Source: an uncultured virus (IMG/VR IMGVR_UViG_3300031555_002006)
Lineage: Duplodnaviria; Heunggongvirae; Uroviricota; Caudoviricetes
Virus record (IMG/VR): IMGVR_UViG_3300031555_002006
Strand: one strand, 5' to 3'
Length of the DNA stretch: 20,000 bases
Below the pieces are notes generated by a model that ran no database searches, was not told where the DNA came from, and worked only from the letters and a program-made list of their open reading frames with translations. This document shows positions 15,792 through 20,000 of this stretch, in pieces (position 1 is the first letter of the stretch; each line of letters starts with the position of its first letter). Position numbers and translations under genes: made by a program.

Positions 15792-16131
15792 TATTTACAG
15801 CCTCCTTCATCTTGATATAGGCCCAACCGGTCAGCGAGGTACGGCTATCCATCATGTCTTCCAAGGCCTCCTGCATACCGCAGGCGTCACAGATCTGCAC
15901 GTTCGCTCGGCGACTCAGAGCGTTTCGAGCAGGACTATCGTCCATGGTGTCCCGGCCGCAGCGGGGACAGGGATAGGGGTGCTGGCTCTGGATCTTACCA
16001 AAGTTCTCGAGCATCTGCTTTGCCAGCTGCTCGTTGAGCTCTTTGCAGAACTCGTCATAGCTCATATGGCCGGCTGCCTTCATGGCCTCGCTGGCAGCGG
16101 TCAACTCGTCAGGTGTCCAATCTTTGCTCAT
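15784..16131 (-). CDS. Hypothetical zinc-finger protein, 115 aa
   Basis: AAGGAGG RBS before MSKDWT; CPRCG...NALSR...ICDACG. Confidence 0.75.
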   Translation of the reverse strand: MSKDWTPDELTAASEAMKAAGHMSYDEFCKELNEQLAKQMLENFGKIQSQHPYPCPRCGRDTMDDSPARNALSRRANVQICDACGMQEALEDMMDSRTSLTGWAYIKMKEAVNNG

Positions 16132-16141
16132 GGTGTCCTCC

Positions 16142-16354
16142 TTAATCGTCAATGGTGAAGTGGATGCCCTCTGTCAACAGGACGGTCCCCACACCGGGTT
16201 CATAGCTTAACATGTTCCTGCGGCCGATGTAGTCGGCGGGCAACTCGCCGGCGGCAACTCGGTCGAGGTTGAAGGGGCTTGCCTCCCACTTGCCAATGTA
16301 GTTCGGAGTGCTGCGTTCCATCCTCTCCCATTCCTTTTTCGTGAAGTGCTTCAT
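16142..16354 (-). CDS. Hypothetical protein, 70 aa
   Basis: GGAGG RBS; MKHFTKKEWE...; ATGA overlap with the upstream gene. Confidence 0.65.
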   Translation of the reverse strand: MKHFTKKEWERMERSTPNYIGKWEASPFNLDRVAAGELPADYIGRRNMLSYEPGVGTVLLTEGIHFTIDD

Positions 16355-16587
16355 TCCTGCCCCTCCATCATCCGAATGTAATCCTGCTGGGCAGCGATCA
16401 GCACGTCCACGATGTCGCCGTATTCGTGCTCGGGACCGGAGCAGATCCAGATCACCAGTGCAATGTCGTTGAGAGCCCAATCGCTTTGGTTCATCTCAAA
16501 CAGCCGGTTATATTGGTAGTTTGTGCCGTGGTCAAAGTAGCCGTTGTCAATGCACAGCTGGCGAAGCTTCTCAGTGGTGGTAACCAT
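16351..16587 (-). CDS. Hypothetical protein, 78 aa
   Basis: AGAGGA RBS; MVTTTEKLRQLCIDNGYF... Confidence 0.7.
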   Translation of the reverse strand: MVTTTEKLRQLCIDNGYFDHGTNYQYNRLFEMNQSDWALNDIALVIWICSGPEHEYGDIVDVLIAAQQDYIRMMEGQE

Positions 16588-16639
16588 TGTTCTTCCTCTC
16601 TTTCTGCCGGGGAAAGCCGCCCCGGCTCGGCATTGTGGT

Positions 16640-17116
16640 TTAATCGTTACGCTTGTAGATCTCACAGCCGGCAGCCAGAAGATACGGCGTCATGTCGGCA
16701 TCCTCGAAACTGAGGGGCGTGGAGCAGTGACGGGAGACATGCTTGGATGTGTGAACAATAACGGGAGCGTATGCCTGCTTCGTCTTACTGTTATAGACGG
16801 CGACCACCACATCTTGGTCGGGCTTGATAAGCGGTGCCTGTGCCTTTTCCACCATCGCTGTATAGTCATAATAGGTGAAGTCATTCGTAAGGACGCAGCA
16901 CTCAGAGCTGGTGGTCAGCTTGCATTCATCACGGTATACGCGGATGGTTGCGCCGATGATGTATGGCGCTCCATCCCGGAAGGTGCCGGCATCGATGCGG
17001 ACCTTACAGCCTTTCAGGCCGTAGTCATCAGCATCTGCGAGGTCGATCTTGAGTACGGGGTACTTTCCGAAGTTTATGGCAAGGGCAACCTCCTGCCGAT
17101 CTTTCAGGTACTTCAT
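16640..17116 (-). CDS. Hypothetical protein, 158 aa
   Basis: AAGGAGG RBS; MKYLKDRQEVALAINFGKYPV... Confidence 0.72.
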   Translation of the reverse strand: MKYLKDRQEVALAINFGKYPVLKIDLADADDYGLKGCKVRIDAGTFRDGAPYIIGATIRVYRDECKLTTSSECCVLTNDFTYYDYTAMVEKAQAPLIKPDQDVVVAVYNSKTKQAYAPVIVHTSKHVSRHCSTPLSFEDADMTPYLLAAGCEIYKRND

Positions 17117-17117
17117 T

Positions 17118-17504
17118 TTAGCAGCCTCCTTTCTTTCTGGCGATGCAAAGGTACAGATCATAATCCAACTCGAACTCATACTGGGGAAGCTGGGCGGCCA
17201 GTTGCTGGGCGAGCATGAGGTGCATCGTGCGGCCGGTCACTCCCCAGAAGGCTTTGCAGGCACCCTCTCGCTCGACAATGGCAACGAACTCGTCAACCTT
17301 TCCTTCGTCGTTGCGGTTGAAGCCCATGGAAAGGGAGCGTATCTCGCGCACCGCGTACTCCTTGCCGTTGCGAGTATCGACGTATACGCTGTACAGGAGC
17401 CCTTCGCACTCCTCCTGCCGGACATAATCGATATAGCGGTCATCCTTCTCGAGGATGGAATTGAGCTTGCGCTTGGTGATGATCTCGATAACGTCAGTAG
17501 TCAT
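17118..17504 (-). CDS. Hypothetical protein, 128 aa
   Basis: GGAGG RBS; operon packing. Confidence 0.7.
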   Translation of the reverse strand: MTTDVIEIITKRKLNSILEKDDRYIDYVRQEECEGLLYSVYVDTRNGKEYAVREIRSLSMGFNRNDEGKVDEFVAIVEREGACKAFWGVTGRTMHLMLAQQLAAQLPQYEFELDYDLYLCIARKKGGC

Positions 17505-17506
17505 AA

Positions 17507-17725
17507 TTAAACCTCCAATTTTTTGACGATAATGGTAATGCCGACATAGTTGTTAATAGCGGGATAATGCTCGGGATATACTTCCACGACCTCGTAAGCT
17601 GCCGCGGCTCGAAGTGTGATTTCTCCGGCGGGTCCAAAGTAAATGCCCTCGGAGTTATTGGGGTCTTCTGCCACCCATACGGTGGTGTGCTCATATACCT
17701 TGTAGAGCAGGTCTGCCAGTCTCAT
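17507..17725 (-). CDS. Hypothetical protein, 72 aa
   Basis: AAGGAGG RBS; MRLADLLYKVYE... Confidence 0.68.
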   Translation of the reverse strand: MRLADLLYKVYEHTTVWVAEDPNNSEGIYFGPAGEITLRAAAAYEVVEVYPEHYPAINNYVGITIIVKKLEV

Positions 17726-17735
17726 AGGATCCTCC

Positions 17736-18101
17736 TTAGGTGTCAAGTCCGATACTGTGGTATACCCACACACCAGCAGGAACATCGAAGAACGAGATCC
17801 AGTTGGTGAAAGGTTTTCCAGTGCAGTCATAAGGGGAAAAGGGGCAGTCAATCCAAGAGCTTTCCTCGAAGTCAGTTTTGTCCTCCGCGCTCATACTTCC
17901 GGGAATGAACTGTTTAACGAGAACCCCATCAATTCCGAAGTCCTTAACGACGACCCAGTTAGCTTCTTTCTTAGGGGCTCCGATACCAAACTCGGCATTT
18001 CTCTTGTTGCGCTTGTGGCGGTATTCCTCAGCATAGTCCTTGCCCCGCAGGCTCCGGAGGATGCCATAGACCATCCAGTCATCAGGTGTCAGTCTGCTCA
18101 T
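17736..18101 (-). CDS. Hypothetical protein, 121 aa
   Basis: AAGGAGG RBS; contains SPYDCTGKPFT motif. Confidence 0.72.
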   Translation of the reverse strand: MSRLTPDDWMVYGILRSLRGKDYAEEYRHKRNKRNAEFGIGAPKKEANWVVVKDFGIDGVLVKQFIPGSMSAEDKTDFEESSWIDCPFSPYDCTGKPFTNWISFFDVPAGVWVYHSIGLDT

Positions 18102-18114
18102 GATCTGTACCTCC

Positions 18115-18687
18115 TTATCGAAGTCTGTAGGTCTTGTTGCGATAGCCTACGATGTAGGCGTTCTTACACTTACTGACCGTAACGTCAGCTTCGCGGATAC
18201 GCTCATATCCGAAACGCTTGCGGATGATGCGCTTGGCGATCTCCATAGCCTTGTCGGTGATGTTCTCGGTCTTGCGGCTGCTCTCGCGGGCGATATAGCG
18301 GCTGAGCTTTTTGGCTCTTGCGGCCTTGGCCTCTTCTTCGGTGCCGTAGTAGGTACCGTGGCGTCGATCCTCACCGATCTTGCAGAAACGCTCCTGGTTC
18401 AGGATCTCGAGACGGTTGTTCCAGATAGTTGCCCATCCGGAGTTGCTGTGGGGAACCACATCGGGGTCGAGTGCTCGGCCGACAATGATTTCCACACCTT
18501 CGATGCCGGCTTCCCAATCGGAGAATGTTTCAACCATGACGCGGATGATTTCGGAGCCGTTGGTGAGGTCAACCTTGGAGGTCTCGCCCTGGGAGCCGCT
18601 CATGGAAGCGGAGTTGATGGTGTAGCCCTTGCCGATGTACTCGGCGACGATCTCGGTGTACCGCTTGTTGATGTCAGCGTATTTCAT
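18115..18687 (-). CDS. Hypothetical protein, 190 aa
   Basis: AAGGAGG RBS; MKYADINKRYTEIV... Confidence 0.75.
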   Translation of the reverse strand: MKYADINKRYTEIVAEYIGKGYTINSASMSGSQGETSKVDLTNGSEIIRVMVETFSDWEAGIEGVEIIVGRALDPDVVPHSNSGWATIWNNRLEILNQERFCKIGEDRRHGTYYGTEEEAKAARAKKLSRYIARESSRKTENITDKAMEIAKRIIRKRFGYERIREADVTVSKCKNAYIVGYRNKTYRLR

Positions 18688-18699
18688 GTTGCTTCCTCC

Positions 18700-18882
18700 T
18701 TAGTGGTTGTTGCAGATAAAACCATTGGGACCGTACCAGCTCTTGTTTCCAAAATCATTGTCACAAGCGAAGAGCTTACCGGTTCGCTTTGCGGCTCGTC
18801 TGGCGTAGCCTGCCGCCTGTTCTGCGATAGGGGTCTTGGTGATGCGCTTCCGGTTTTCGTCATAAATCCAATAGATCTTCAT
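18700..18882 (-). CDS. Hypothetical basic protein, 60 aa (first gene of leftward operon)
   Basis: GGAG RBS before MKIYWIYDE... Confidence 0.6.
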   Translation of the reverse strand: MKIYWIYDENRKRITKTPIAEQAAGYARRAAKRTGKLFACDNDFGNKSWYGPNGFICNNH

Positions 18883-18955
18883 GGTCTCCATCCTTTTTGT
18901 TGTCTTTGTATTCTTTAGCCTTATCAAAGAAAAACTTTAACTTCTCTATGTTTAT

Positions 18956-19043
18956 ATATTAGCATACGGACACTGAGATGTCAATAAAAATCTTTGCGAA
19001 ATTAAAGATTTATTTTGACAAATGCGAAACCGTGTGATATATT
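18956..19043. promoter_or_regulatory. Back-to-back sigma-A promoters with overlapping inverted-repeat operator
   Basis: + strand: TTGACA 19015-19020, 17 nt, TG-extended TATATT 19038-19043. - strand: TTGACA 18984-18979, 17 nt, TG-extended TAATAT 18961-18956. 17-bp-arm inverted repeat at 18979-19020. Confidence 0.8.
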
Positions 19044-19065
19044 ATCAATATGAGGAGGTGTTCCG

Positions 19066-19278
19066 ATGATTAGTTACAAGCCCTTATGGGTCACTCTGGT
19101 GGACAGGGATCTCAAGAAGAAGGACTTGATTGAGATGGCAGACATCAGCTCCGCGACGGTCGCCAAGATGGGCAAGAATGAGTATGTGGCTCTCGAGGTC
19201 ATCGACAAGATCTGCGCTGCCCTCAACTGCGAGATCTCCGATGTCGTGGCGCACGTCAAGGACGCTGCTGTCGAATAG
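19066..19278 (+). CDS. Cro/C1-type HTH regulator (HTH_26-like), 70 aa
   Basis: GAGGAGGTG RBS; MISYKPLWVTLVDRDLKKKDL...ISSATVAKMGKNEYVALEVIDKICAALNCEISDV. Confidence 0.9.
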   Translation: MISYKPLWVTLVDRDLKKKDLIEMADISSATVAKMGKNEYVALEVIDKICAALNCEISDVVAHVKDAAVE

Positions 19279-19279
19279 C

Positions 19280-19344
19280 TTGCAATCCTGCTCGATCCGG
19301 TGTATACTATAAAAAGAAAAGCGACCGACAATAATGTCGGTCGC
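19280..19344 (+). promoter_or_regulatory. Outward-facing promoter followed by a perfect hairpin
   Basis: TTGCAA 19280-19285, 17 nt, TATACT 19303-19308; GCGACCGACA-ATAA-TGTCGGTCGC at 19321-19344. Confidence 0.6.
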
Positions 19345-19365
19345 AAGAAGTAGCAACTTCGCCCG

Positions 19366-19499
19366 TGGCTCTATTTTGGCTCTACAATTTTTGAGGAATA
19401 CGTGGACAGAAAAATCGAGAGATTTTTCAGACCAAAACCATCGATGCAAAAACGCGGGAAATCACATGGAAGTAAACTCCAACAATCGAGTGGGAATAA
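19366..19499 (+). mobile_element. Probable prophage attR (duplicated guaA 3' end plus integrase arm-type repeats)
   Basis: ACAATCGAGTGGGAATAA (19482-19499) reads T-I-E-W-E-stop, the GuaA C-terminus, with no guaA ORF upstream; direct repeat TGGCTCTA-TTT-TGGCTCTA at 19366-19384; host gene follows. Confidence 0.75.
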
Positions 19500-19521
19500 T
19501 TTGAAGCCTTTCCCTACAAGC

Positions 19522-19564
19522 AAAAAGAACCCCTGAAGGATATCCTTCAGGGGTTCTCTCTTTT
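19522..19564. terminator. Bidirectional host terminator (guaA/glnA convergent)
   Basis: Perfect 32-bp palindrome AGAACCCCTGAAGGATATCCTTCAGGGGTTCT flanked by A and T tracts. Confidence 0.85.
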
Positions 19565-19591
19565 CATGTTACACCAATACGAAACCGCGTC

Positions 19592-20000
19592 TTACAGGTT
19601 GTAGTAACGGTCGAACTCGGCGGGATGAGGAATCTTGGACAGCTCAGCAACCTCGGCACGCTTGGACTTGATGAAGTTGGCGATCAGCTCCTCGGGGAAC
19701 ACGCCGCCGGCAGTCAGATAATCGTGATCGGCCTCCAGAGCATCCAGAGCATCCCCCAGGCAGGTGGGCAGGCCCTGCAGCTTGGCCTTCTCCTCCTCGG
19801 GCAGGTGGAAGAGGTTGCAGTCATAGGGACCCCAACCGTTGGCATGAGGATCGATCTTGTTCTTCACGCCGTCCAGACCGGCCATGAGGATGGCGGCATA
19901 GCAGAAGTAGGGGTTGCAGGTAGCGTCGGGGTTACGCAGCTCGAAGCGGCGCTTGTCGGGGCTCTTGGCGTAGGCAGGGATACGGATGACAGCGCTGCGG
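19592..20000 (-). CDS. glnA: Glutamine synthetase type I, C-terminal part (host gene, truncated by window)
   Basis: RSAVIRIPAY...RRFELRNPDATCNPYFCYAAILMAGLDG...IPHPAEFDRYYNL*. Confidence 0.95.
   Translation of the reverse strand, partial: RSAVIRIPAYAKSPDKRRFELRNPDATCNPYFCYAAILMAGLDGVKNKIDPHANGWGPYDCNLFHLPEEEKAKLQGLPTCLGDALDALEADHDYLTAGGVFPEELIANFIKSKRAEVAELSKIPHPAEFDRYYNL

Larger units (their letters stand above)
1..19499. mobile_element. Prophage (tail, DGR, lysis and accessory modules up to attR)
   Basis: Tail fibre, holin and endolysin genes, phage-type small ORFs, att-like boundary. Confidence 0.9.

Noticed and set aside
18100..18918. 272-aa + strand ORF and other + strand ORFs in 15745-18918
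   Set aside because: Antisense to a coherent minus-strand operon with strong RBSs.

Overview
Right-hand ~19.5 kb of a temperate prophage in a GC-rich Firmicutes (Clostridia/Oscillospiraceae-like) genome, followed by host DNA. Left to right: end of a baseplate/tail gene and a tail-fibre gene; a CXXX-repeat radical-SAM cassette (accessory protein, rSAM/SPASM maturase, protein with 28 Cys in CxxxC repeats) embedded in the tail operon; a 2224-aa putative receptor-binding protein (CotH-kinase-like domain, LRRs, six Flg_new/InlB-B-like repeats, C-terminal variable region); a diversity-generating retroelement (VR 10737-10872, TR 11104-11239, RT 11356-12432) with no recognisable avd, an atypical NMDD motif and apparently its own promoter/operator; a lysis module; two small HTH regulators flanking a leftward operon of small unknown genes; a probable attR whose core encodes TIEWE* (guaA 3' end); and the 3' part of host glnA. 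Family names come from motif recognition, not database searches.
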